Below, one piece after another: positions 7,542 through 16,000 of a stretch of DNA of 28,821 nucleotides. The notes beneath the pieces are model-generated. The model was not told the origin of the DNA and made no database searches. It saw only the letters and a program-made list of their open reading frames with translations. This DNA is from Clostridiales bacterium (GTDB taxonomy: Bacteria; Bacillota; Clostridia; Christensenellales; Borkfalkiaceae), in the NCBI GenBank assembly GCA_003503945.1, contig DOCD01000154.1, positions 1 to 28,821 of the forward strand, read 5' to 3'. Both the position numbers and the translations under genes were made by a program. The first letter of the stretch is position 1. Each line of letters opens with the position of its first letter.

Positions 7542-8673
7542 AATAATTTGAATTGCAAAACTACGGGGTTATGGTCGCTGAACGCGTATTCTGTGTTCTG
7601 CGTGTTCACCGCAACGACCTCCACGTTATCCGAAACTATAAACCCGTCGATAGTGTTGGTATAATTTACTCCCTTTTCGTAAGGGATATCCGCGCCGCGG
7701 CAGGTGGCGTTGTCCTTATCCGCCGCAATGCGGAAGCCTTCCGCCAGCTCGGAATTGTGCAAAACCGAATTTTTAACCCATTCGGGCACATGCTGCTTGC
7801 TTTCGAAGTTAGACAGCGCCTTGTCGTCGCTGTCGAAGTAATCCGCGATAAGGCAGTGATTGAAGTCGCCGCCCGCAACCACGTAGTTGCCCTTTCCCCG
7901 CTCCTCCTTCAAAACGCCGTTGAGCATTTCAAGCTGACGGGCGCGCACCGTGCCGCCCTTATCGTACGCGGACATATGCAGATTAATCAGAACGAGAAAT
8001 TTGTCGCTGTCCTCTAACGGCAGATAGTGCACCGCAAAGCACCTGTCGAGGTCGAACAGCTTGTCTATAAAATTATCGGTAAGCGGAAAAGAACGGCGCA
8101 CCGCGCTATGTATATTATATTTCGAAAGCGTGAGTATTCCCGCGTTGGTCTTGCCTATCGGGTCGTTGAAAGGATAAAAAAGGTTTGCGGTATGAAAGTT
8201 TTCCGCATAGGTCGAGCTATGCCCTTCGGCAGCGGCGGAAAATACGCTTTTCATATTTATATCGTAGCTCCTGTCCGCCTTTTCGTCAACCTCCTGCAAA
8301 AAGTAAAAATCCGCGTCCATGCTCCTTATAATCCCCGCCTGACCCGTTACGTTTGTAAGAACGTCTCTTTCGTTAAACCCCTTAGCGTATTTGCCGACAA
8401 CCTCCGAGCCGTCGTCCATAACCCCCGTATCCATAAAAAAGGAATAGTCGGGCGAATACGCGCCGAAGCCGGCGTTATAGGTCATAATCGTGAAAGTCCC
8501 GTCTTTTGAAATTTTCTGTTCCTTTTCGTTTTCGGTTGTAAGAACGAAGTTATCCTCTATTCTGTAATACTGAGCGGCAACGTAGCCACGTAACCGCCGA
8601 TAATAAGTGCCGTCGCCCCGATAACGGAGGCAAGAACTATCGCAACTATTTTAATAATGCGTTTTGCTTTCAT
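7538..8673 (-). pseudogene. Endonuclease/exonuclease/phosphatase (EEP) family protein with an N-terminal membrane anchor; 1-nt frameshift near 8586
   Basis: Catalytic motifs MTYN, LQEVD, NLHMSAY, GGDFN, IDG and SDHNPV lie in ORF 7538..8485. The upstream ATG 8673 encodes a hydrophobic anchor (MKAKRIIKIVAIVLASV...GGYV) that stops after 38 aa. Adding one base restores YVAAQYYRIEDN... in frame; the span of 1136 nt is 3n-1. Confidence 0.75.
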
Positions 8674-8679
8674 AATTCA

Positions 8680-8708
8680 ATTATACAAACTTTAAAAGAA
8701 TTTTTCAA
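8680..8708 (-). promoter_or_regulatory. sigma-A promoter for EEP-HNH (predicted leaderless)
   Basis: TTGAAA (8708-8703), 17 bp, TATAAT (8685-8680), 6 nt, then ATG. Confidence 0.7.
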
Positions 8709-8715
8709 CAAATTA

Positions 8716-8768
8716 TTGACAACACGCAAAATTTGTACTATAATTAAATTGATATCAATATGATATCA
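8716..8768 (+). promoter_or_regulatory. sigma-A promoter of the SPFH gene with tandem TGATATCA boxes
   Basis: TTGACA 8716-8721, 17 bp, TATAAT 8739-8744; palindromic TGATATCA at 8750-8757 and 8761-8768. Confidence 0.8.
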
Positions 8769-8797
8769 TAAATTTTCTAAAAAGGGAGTTATTATTT

Positions 8798-9739
8798 ATG
8801 AACGAAGTTAAAGAAAAGGAATTAAAAGGCTTAAACGGCTGGCTTATGCTTATTGCGGTATTCGGCGCGCTTATAGTCGGCATTGCAATGCTCGTTATGG
8901 GTTTCATGCTCGCCGGCGGCGACGAAGTCCCCGAAAACCCCGGCTTTTTCGCCATGTCTGCCGTGGGGGCGGTAATCGCTTTCGTTTCGGTATTCTGCTT
9001 TATAGGCTTTAAGGTCGTAGCACCCAACGAAGCGATAGTTTTCACGCTGTTCGGAAAATACCACGGCACGCTTAAAAAGGACGGCTTTTATTTCGTCAAT
9101 CCTTTCTGCACGGCGGTCAACCCCGCGGCGGCGTTCGGCGGGCGCATGGGCAAAAAGCTTAGCCTTAAAGCAATGACTTTGAATAACGACAAACAGAAGG
9201 TAAACGACGAAGAGGGCAACCCCATTGAAATAAGCGTAGTCGTTATCTGGAAAATCCGCGATACGTCGAAAGCGGTTTTCGCGGTGGATAATTACGTAAC
9301 CTTTATTTCCACGCAGTGCGACTCCGCCATAAGGCAGGTTGCAAGGCAGTACCCTTACGACGTTTCGGAAAACGGCGACGAAAAATCGCTGCGCGGCTCC
9401 TCGCAGGAAATCGCGGAAGTTCTTAAAGCGGAGCTTCAATCCCGCGTGAACACCGCGGGCATAGAGATACTCGACGCGCGCATTAACAACCTTGCATACG
9501 CGCCCGAAATCGCGGCGGCTATGCTGCAACGCCAGCAGGCGGCGGCGATAATCGCGGCAAGGCAGAAGATTGTGGACGGCGCGGTTTCGATGGTGGATAT
9601 GGCGCTCAAAAAGCTTTCCGACAACAACATAGTAGAGTTGGACGACGAAAGAAAGGCGGCGATGGTATCCAACCTCCTCGTCGTGCTCTGCGGCAACCGC
9701 GACGCGCAGCCCATAGTCAACAGCGGTTCGATATACTAA
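8798..9739 (+). CDS. SPFH/band 7 domain membrane protein
   Basis: Two N-terminal TM helices, [29 protein letters not shown], and [21 protein letters not shown]. Confidence 0.92.
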   Translation: MNEVKEKELKGLNGWLMLIAVFGALIVGIAMLVMGFMLAGGDEVPENPGFFAMSAVGAVIAFVSVFCFIGFKVVAPNEAIVFTLFGKYHGTLKKDGFYFVNPFCTAVNPAAAFGGRMGKKLSLKAMTLNNDKQKVNDEEGNPIEISVVVIWKIRDTSKAVFAVDNYVTFISTQCDSAIRQVARQYPYDVSENGDEKSLRGSSQEIAEVLKAELQSRVNTAGIEILDARINNLAYAPEIAAAMLQRQQAAAIIAARQKIVDGAVSMVDMALKKLSDNNIVELDDERKAAMVSNLLVVLCGNRDAQPIVNSGSIY

Positions 9740-9748
9740 ATAATTCTC

Positions 9749-9782
9749 AAATTTTTGTTTCTATTCTACGAAACAAAAATTT
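9749..9782 (+). terminator. AT-rich hairpin after the SPFH gene
   Basis: 13-bp perfect stem AAATTTTTGTTTC-N8-GAAACAAAAATTT. Confidence 0.55.
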
Positions 9783-9890
9783 CGAGATTTTCAGCGGCTC
9801 CACTTCTATGGCGCAAAGGCGCAGGTATGCGCAAATTGAGGCGTGCTGCGGAGGGTAACCCTCCTTGCACCGTTAATTTTACAATATTAT

Positions 9891-9953
9891 AGCCTTCCCC
9901 TTTCGGGGAAGGTGGATTGTTCGCAGCGCAGCGAGAACAAGACGGATGAGGTT
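9891..9953. repeat. REP-like double-hairpin unit
   Basis: CCTTCCCC-tttc-GGGGAAGG, then TTGTTC-N12-GAACAA, then GACGGATGAGG. Resembles clostridial REP-like units as I recall them; not searched. Confidence 0.55.
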
Positions 9954-10057
9954 ATATTCGACTTAACCCTCGAAAACCCCGAAGCGCTCGCTCCCTTCGT
10001 GACGTTGGAATAATATGCTTAAATATTACGGCGCGCCCGATAATACTCAGGTAGATA

Positions 10058-10249
10058 ATGGATAATAAAAAGAACGGCAAAAAACAAATCCCTTTGAGGA
10101 TTTCAGACGAGCTGTACACCGAGCTCGAGCGCTGGGCGGAGGACGAATTCCGCTCGGTGAACGGTCAGATAGAGTATCTTCTGACGCAAAGCGTCAAATA
10201 CCGCAGGAAAGGTGCGAGAGGGCTTACGACGGAACAAACCGAAAGTTAA
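10058..10249 (+). CDS. Arc-like ribbon-helix-helix DNA-binding protein
   Basis: [34 protein letters not shown], a family commonly encoded downstream of SPFH genes. Confidence 0.88.
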   Translation: MDNKKNGKKQIPLRISDELYTELERWAEDEFRSVNGQIEYLLTQSVKYRRKGARGLTTEQTES

Positions 10250-11724
10250 TCCCTCGCTTTCGCCACCGCTTTTTCCCAGCCGCTTAATAGCTTTGCGCGC
10301 GTTGGCTCAGGCATATTCGGGCTGAAAACGCCGTAACCGCTCGCCGTAGCCCTGATTTCGCCCTCGTCTTTCCAGAAGCCGCACGCAAGCCCCGCAAGGT
10401 ACGCCGCGCCCTGCGCCGTCGTTTCGACCGTTTGCGGGCGAACCACCTTTAAATCGGATATATCCGCCTGAAACTGCAATAAAAAATCATTCTTACTCGC
10501 CCCTCCGTCCACGTTGAGGCGGGTTATTTTTATGCCCGAATCGCGCTGCATCGCGCGCACTATATCTTCAACCTGATAGGCAATGCCCTCCAAAGCGGCG
10601 CGCACTATGTGCGCGCGAGTCGTGCCGCGGGTTATGCCCGTAATGAGCCCGCGCGCGTCCGCGTCCCAGTACGGCGCGCCAAGCCCCGTAAACGCGGGCA
10701 CAACGTACACCCCGCCGTTATCTTGAACCTTTAACGCGTAGCTTTCGCTTTCGTCTGCCGAGTTTATTATCCCGAGCCCGTCGCGCAGCCATTGCACCGC
10801 CGCCCCGCCGACGAATACCGAGCCTTCCAGAACGTACGGCGGCTTTTCCGTCAGTGTCGCGCCCAGAGTGGTTACGAGCCCGTTGCGGCTTTTTACCGCC
10901 CTTTCGCCCGTGTTCATAAGAAGAAAACAGCCCGTGCCGTAAGTGTTTTTCAAATCGCCCTCTTCGGTGCAGAGCTGCCCGAAGAGGGCCGCCTGCTGGT
11001 CGCCCACGGCGCCGCAAATGGGCACGGGCGAGCCGAACACGCTCTTGTGCGTATAGCCGAATTTACTGCCGCTCGGCTTGACCTCGGGCAGCATACTGCG
11101 GGGTATACCGAAAAGCTTTATAAGCTCGTCGTCCCACTCCAAGGTATGTATGTTGAACAGCATTGTGCGCGCGGCGTTGGTGTAGTCGGTGGCGAATATT
11201 TCGCCCTTCGAAAGCTGCCACATAAGGAAAGTGTCGACGGTGCCGAACAACAGCTCGCCCCTTTCCGCGCGTTCGCGCGCGCCCGACACGTTATCCAAAA
11301 TCCATTTGATTTTGGTTGCGGAAAAGTACGCGTCGGGGATAAGCCCCGTCTTATCGTAAATCAAATCCGAATACTTTTCTTTAAGCTTTTCGCAGTAGTC
11401 CGCCGTCCTGCGGCACTGCCATACTATAGCGTTGTATATGGGCTTGCCCGTAGCCTTATCCCATACGAGCGTGGTTTCGCGCTGGTTTGTTATGCCCGCC
11501 GCCGCGATATCCTCCGCGGATATATCCGCGCGAACCAACGCTTCGGCAATAACAGCCATCGTTGAGCCCATAATATCCTGCGGCGAATGCTCGACCCAGC
11601 CCGCCTCGGGATAAATCTGCTTGAACTCCTGCTGGGCCATACAGACTATGCGCGCCGATTTGTCGAATACGATTGCGCGCGAACTCGTCGTGCCCTGGTC
11701 TATCGAAAGTATATATTTTCCCAT
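10246..11724 (-). CDS. glpK: Glycerol kinase
   Basis: [67 protein letters not shown]. Confidence 0.97.
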   Translation of the reverse strand: MGKYILSIDQGTTSSRAIVFDKSARIVCMAQQEFKQIYPEAGWVEHSPQDIMGSTMAVIAEALVRADISAEDIAAAGITNQRETTLVWDKATGKPIYNAIVWQCRRTADYCEKLKEKYSDLIYDKTGLIPDAYFSATKIKWILDNVSGARERAERGELLFGTVDTFLMWQLSKGEIFATDYTNAARTMLFNIHTLEWDDELIKLFGIPRSMLPEVKPSGSKFGYTHKSVFGSPVPICGAVGDQQAALFGQLCTEEGDLKNTYGTGCFLLMNTGERAVKSRNGLVTTLGATLTEKPPYVLEGSVFVGGAAVQWLRDGLGIINSADESESYALKVQDNGGVYVVPAFTGLGAPYWDADARGLITGITRGTTRAHIVRAALEGIAYQVEDIVRAMQRDSGIKITRLNVDGGASKNDFLLQFQADISDLKVVRPQTVETTAQGAAYLAGLACGFWKDEGEIRATASGYGVFSPNMPEPTRAKLLSGWEKAVAKARD

Positions 11725-11730
11725 AAACCC

Positions 11731-11759
11731 ATTATAACACGGCTTTTTTAAAATTTCAA
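11731..11759 (-). promoter_or_regulatory. sigma-A promoter for glpK (predicted leaderless)
   Basis: TTGAAA (11759-11754), 17 bp, TATAAT (11736-11731), 6 nt, then ATG; no SD. Confidence 0.7.
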
Positions 11760-11787
11760 TACCCCGAACGCATAAAAAACAGCGGCG

Positions 11788-12000
11788 TCAGCCGCTGTCG
11801 TTAAGTCCGAGCAAGTAATCGACGCTCACGCCGAAAAACACCGCCATATCCGCAAGAAGGGATAAGGGCGGCTCGCGCTGCTCCTTTTCGTAATGCAGAT
11901 AGGTTACGCTGTTTATGCCAAGCCTTTCTGAAAGCTGCTTTTGCGTGAACCCCCTGTCCTCGCGCAATTCCTTTAACCTTTCCCCCAAAATTGTTTTCAT
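11788..12000 (-). CDS. Xre/Cro-C1 family HTH regulator (cassette 2)
   Basis: LGERLKELREDRGFTQKQLSERLGINSVTYLHYEKEQREPPLSLLADMAVFFGVSVDYLLG. Confidence 0.92.
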   Translation of the reverse strand: MKTILGERLKELREDRGFTQKQLSERLGINSVTYLHYEKEQREPPLSLLADMAVFFGVSVDYLLGLNDSG

Positions 12001-12016
12001 AACACTACTTCCTTAC

Positions 12017-12072
12017 TTGACATATTACCATTTTGGTAATATAATTATTCAGTAACTACCATTTTGGTAGTT
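12017..12072 (+). promoter_or_regulatory. Perfect sigma-A promoter with two palindromic operators (cassette 2)
   Basis: TTGACA 12017-12022, 17 bp, TATAAT 12040-12045. ATTACCA-ttt-TGGTAAT (12024-12040) fills the spacer; AACTACCA-ttt-TGGTAGTT lies at 12054-12072. Confidence 0.82.
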
Positions 12073-12097
12073 ACTAAATAATTCAAAGGAGTTAGTT

Positions 12098-12868
12098 ATG
12101 GAAAATGAAAATTTAAAAGAAGATCTGCACGAAGATGCGACTTCGCTCTATACGGGCGGGGCTGTCGTAAGAAAACTGATAAGCTGGGCAGCGTTTATCG
12201 TCAGCCTTATCACCCTGACGCTTGCAAACCCCGCAATGGTATGCTGGAAGCAGCGCTGGGAATGCAAACACACTTATATAGACGGCAAAAGACTTGTGTT
12301 CGACGGAAAAGCCATGCAGCTTTTCGGCAAGTACATAGTATGGATATTGCTGTCTTTGGTAACGCTCGGCATATATCTTTTCTGGCTTTCCGTCAAAAAG
12401 AAAAAGTGGATAACAAAGCACACGCATATAGTTACCGACGAAAACGCGCAGGAATACGCCGAAGCGGAAAGCAAAACTTCCGTCGTTGAAAATATGTCCC
12501 CCGAGGAGCGCGCCGCATACGAGGAAAAACTGTTCACAAAAAAGAGACAAGCGCACAGCTTCGGGCTCGTCGCACTGATACTGACTTTCGTTATGCCACC
12601 GTGGGGATTTATAATGGGCATTGTCGGGATTATTACGGGCGCGATTTATAAAGAAAAATTCGGGCTAAGGGCAAGCTGCGTTGCGGTAAGCATTGTCGGT
12701 GTTGCGATAATCATAGTGCTTTCGTTTATACTTCAAGCGCCGAAAATTCCGTTTTTTATCGCCGCAGGAGTGTTTGCTGCGGTTGCGCTAATCGCCTGTA
12801 TCGCCGTTTTCGTGTTTACGGGCAAGTGGGAAAGCGTAAAAATGAAAGAAAAAACCGAGCAGCAATAG
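12098..12868 (+). CDS. Multi-pass membrane protein with a DUF898/YjgN-like N-terminal unit
   Basis: AAAGGAG SD and several hydrophobic segments. KHTYIDGKRLVFDGKAMQLFG...WITKHTH resembles small DUF898-like membrane proteins (from memory). Confidence 0.7.
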   Translation: MENENLKEDLHEDATSLYTGGAVVRKLISWAAFIVSLITLTLANPAMVCWKQRWECKHTYIDGKRLVFDGKAMQLFGKYIVWILLSLVTLGIYLFWLSVKKKKWITKHTHIVTDENAQEYAEAESKTSVVENMSPEERAAYEEKLFTKKRQAHSFGLVALILTFVMPPWGFIMGIVGIITGAIYKEKFGLRASCVAVSIVGVAIIIVLSFILQAPKIPFFIAAGVFAAVALIACIAVFVFTGKWESVKMKEKTEQQ

Positions 12869-12898
12869 AGAAAAGGAGGAAATTATTCCTCCTTTTCT
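12869..12898. terminator. Bidirectional terminator between convergent units
   Basis: AGAAAAGGAGGA-aattat-TCCTCCTTTTCT, 12-bp stem. Confidence 0.75.
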
Positions 12899-13035
12899 TC
12901 TATAAACTGTTTATGAAATTTTGCTATTTCCCTTTTGTCGATAGAAACCTTCTGATAGAGCCCCGTACATTCGTTGGCGCACACGCACTCCTCGAAAAGG
13001 TCGTGAACCTCGTTTTTGGATTTATGCTTTTCCAT
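12883..13035 (-). CDS. 50-aa small protein absent from the ORF track
   Basis: My translation is MEKHKSKNEVHDLFEECVCANECTGLYQKVSIDKREIAKFHKQFIEEKEE*. It starts 21 nt after the M60-like gene stop. No clear SD. Confidence 0.5.
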   Translation of the reverse strand: MEKHKSKNEVHDLFEECVCANECTGLYQKVSIDKREIAKFHKQFIEEKEE

Positions 13036-13056
13036 ACTAAAAGTTTACGCAGAAAT

Positions 13057-16000
13057 TCACTTTTTATCCGCGTCCGCTTTCTTTTTACGCTTTATAAAGT
13101 ACACTGTCGCGCCCGCAATCGCGGCTGCCGCCGCAACGCCGCCCGCAACGCCCAACGTTATCCATAGCTTGCGGTTGTCCTTTACGATAATCGGTTCGCC
13201 CTCCTTGTCGACGTACAGGGCGGTTATAATCGTATCCGCTGTGATTGTAATTCTGTCGCCGGGGCGCAGCTTTTTGCCGTTTACCTCCCAGCACGTGAAA
13301 ATCCTGTCCGCGTCGGTGGGCTCGGGCACGGGCAGCTTGAAGGTGTCGCCGTGCGAAACCGTGTAGTCCTGCGCGCGCTCCTTCCCGTCGATTAGCTGCA
13401 CAACCGTAACCTTATACTGCGCCGAATACACCGCTTTGACCGACAAGTCTTTGAGCACGGTCACGGTAGCGCCGCTCGCATACCGTACCCCGTTCACGTC
13501 CCAGTAATGGAATTTATCGCCGAACAGCTTGTCGTCGGCTTCGGGCAGAACGAATTTATCGCCCTCGGTAAACTTCTTCTCGGTATCCTTTATTTCCCCG
13601 TCGATCTCGCCCGAAAAAGTCACCGTGCATACCGAAAGCTCGCGGTAGACTGCTTTAAGGCTAATATCGGCAACAACGGGGATTTTTTCGCCCGCGGCAA
13701 GCTTTATATCGCCCAGCGCCCAGTGCGTAAATATTTTGCCCTGCGGGCTTTCGGGGACGGGCAGAACGAATATGCGGGAGTTGCCGTATTCGAATACTTC
13801 AACCTTTTCTTCCCCGCCCGAAATATAATTAAGCTCGATTTTATGCGCGTCGTCGTAAACCGCCACTACCGCGCAGTTTTCCTTTATGACGAAGCTTTCG
13901 CCCGCCTCTTTCCTTTCGCCGTTAATCGCCCAGTGCGAGAACACTCTGTCCGACGGTCTGTACTCGGGCACACCCAGAAATATCCGGCTTCCGTACGGGT
14001 AGCGATAAACCTTCAGCTCCTCGCCGTCCGAAGTGTGGACGAGCACCGCCACGGTAACATCGCCCTTTGCTTCCGCGGAGGCGTACTCCGCAATTGCGAC
14101 AAAATCGTCGGTGGCGAATATCTCGTCGTCGGCGGAATATGCCGCGCCGTTTATGCGCCAGCATACGAATACGCTGCCCTCTTGCGCGGCGGGCGTGCCG
14201 AGCTTTACCTTTTCGCCGAAGCCGTATTCGGAAATCGTTGCCTTGTGCCCGTCGCCGCCCGACGTTACCGTAGTTATTTCAACCCTTTCCTTCGCTTCGC
14301 CGTACACGGCGGTCAGCACCGCGTCGCCGCGCACGACGTACGTTCCGCCCGCGAAGTATCTGACCCCGCCCGAAAGCCAGCAGATAAATTCGCCGCCCGC
14401 GTGCCCCGACGGCATCGGAAGGGATATTTTTTCGCCCTCTTCGTATTGCTCCGCGCGTTCGCCGTCAAAGGTAATAATTTTCACGGTGCGCTGTGCGGAA
14501 TACACGGCAACCGCTGAAAAATCCGCCCTGACAATCAAAGTTTGCCCCGCGGCGTATTTAATTCCGTCCGCAAGCCAGTGCGAGAAGGACTTCCCGAACT
14601 CGGGTTCGGGCGCGGGAAGAGTGAACGAATCGCCGTAAGCGACAAGCGCGGTTTTAGTGAGCCCGCCCGCTTCGAGCGCGACGGTATAAGCGGGCTTTTC
14701 GTCCGCGGTGAACGCCGTGTCGTACTCGATTTCCTTTTGCTCGCCGCAGGCGTAGTATTTACCGTCCGAGCAGAACCAGCCGAAAACGGGCTTGCCGTCG
14801 GGCGTTTCGGAAGGCAGGCAGAACCCGCCGTATTTCACAACCTTGTATTCTTTTACGTGCGCCCCGTTTGCGAGCGTGACCGCGATATAGGGCGTCAGCT
14901 CCGCGTCGAACGAACAGTTGCCGTCAATCGTCACCGTATCGCCCGCAAAATAATCCTTGCCGTCGGCGCTCCATTTGCCTATATATAAATTTTCGTCCAG
15001 CCCGTCGACCCGTTCGGGCAAAACGAATCTGCCGCACTCTATCTGCACGACGGCGGTTTCGCCGCCGAAATTTAAGGTTATATTCGCGATTTTGCGTAAA
15101 GCCGTTATCTTTGCCCCGTCGACCGCGGCGACGCCGAACGCGATATTGAAAGCCGAAGCTATTTCCGCCGTGAGCGAAAAGCCCGTTACCGTATCTATGA
15201 GCGTGGTGCCCGAGGAGGCTATTTCGGGCAGAACGAACTCCGCGCCCTTAACGTCGGGCATGCTGCCGTTTACGTTCAGTCTGGCGCCGTCCGCCTTGTA
15301 TATCCCGCCCGAGAACTTGCCGCCGTTCAGCGTCGAGTACCCGCCCGCAAGATACATCGCGGTGGAAGAGGTTTCGCCCGCTATGTTATCCTCCATGGTG
15401 CAACCCGAAAGCTCGAAACGGCGGACTATGCTGCCTGCCGCGACGTACGCGCCGCCGCCCTTGCCCGAAGCTGTGTTACCCGTAAACACGGCGTTTTTCA
15501 TATTAACCGTCGCTTCCGAATAAATCCCGCCGCCGTCCTTCGCCTTATTGCCTATAACCGCGCAGGAGGGATATCCCTCGGCGGGCGAACAAGACACAGC
15601 GGTGAGCCCGTCCGCACCCGACAGATAAATCCCGCCGCCGAAATACTTTGCCGTATTGCCGCCGACGGTAACGCCGTACATATTCAACCTCGGGTAATAA
15701 TTGCCGTCGCGGTCGTTTTTAAGGCACGCGCCGCCGCCGTTTGCCGCGCGGTTGTTTTGCATTACGCAGCCGTACAGGGCGACCTGCCTTGCGCCGTAGG
15801 TTATATAAAGCGCGCCTCCGTCGCCGTTATTGAAGTTGTTTTTAAAGATTACGTTAGTAAAAGTTATACTCTGCGGAACGCCGGAAAACTCCGTTTCGAC
15901 AAGCGCGCCCGATTGATAGAAGTCCTTGCCGTCGAGTATGATTTTCGCGTCCGCGCCGCCCATATTCAGCGACGCCCGAACCGTAAGCAGCGCGCCCGTG

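Noticed and set aside
10246-10249. 4-nt overlap of convergent arc and glpK stop codons
   Set aside because: This is a common compaction feature and nothing else suggests antisense regulation.
13057-13230. Sortase LPxTG anchor on the giant protein
   Set aside because: No LPxTG precedes the TM helix; there is only a TM segment and basic tail.
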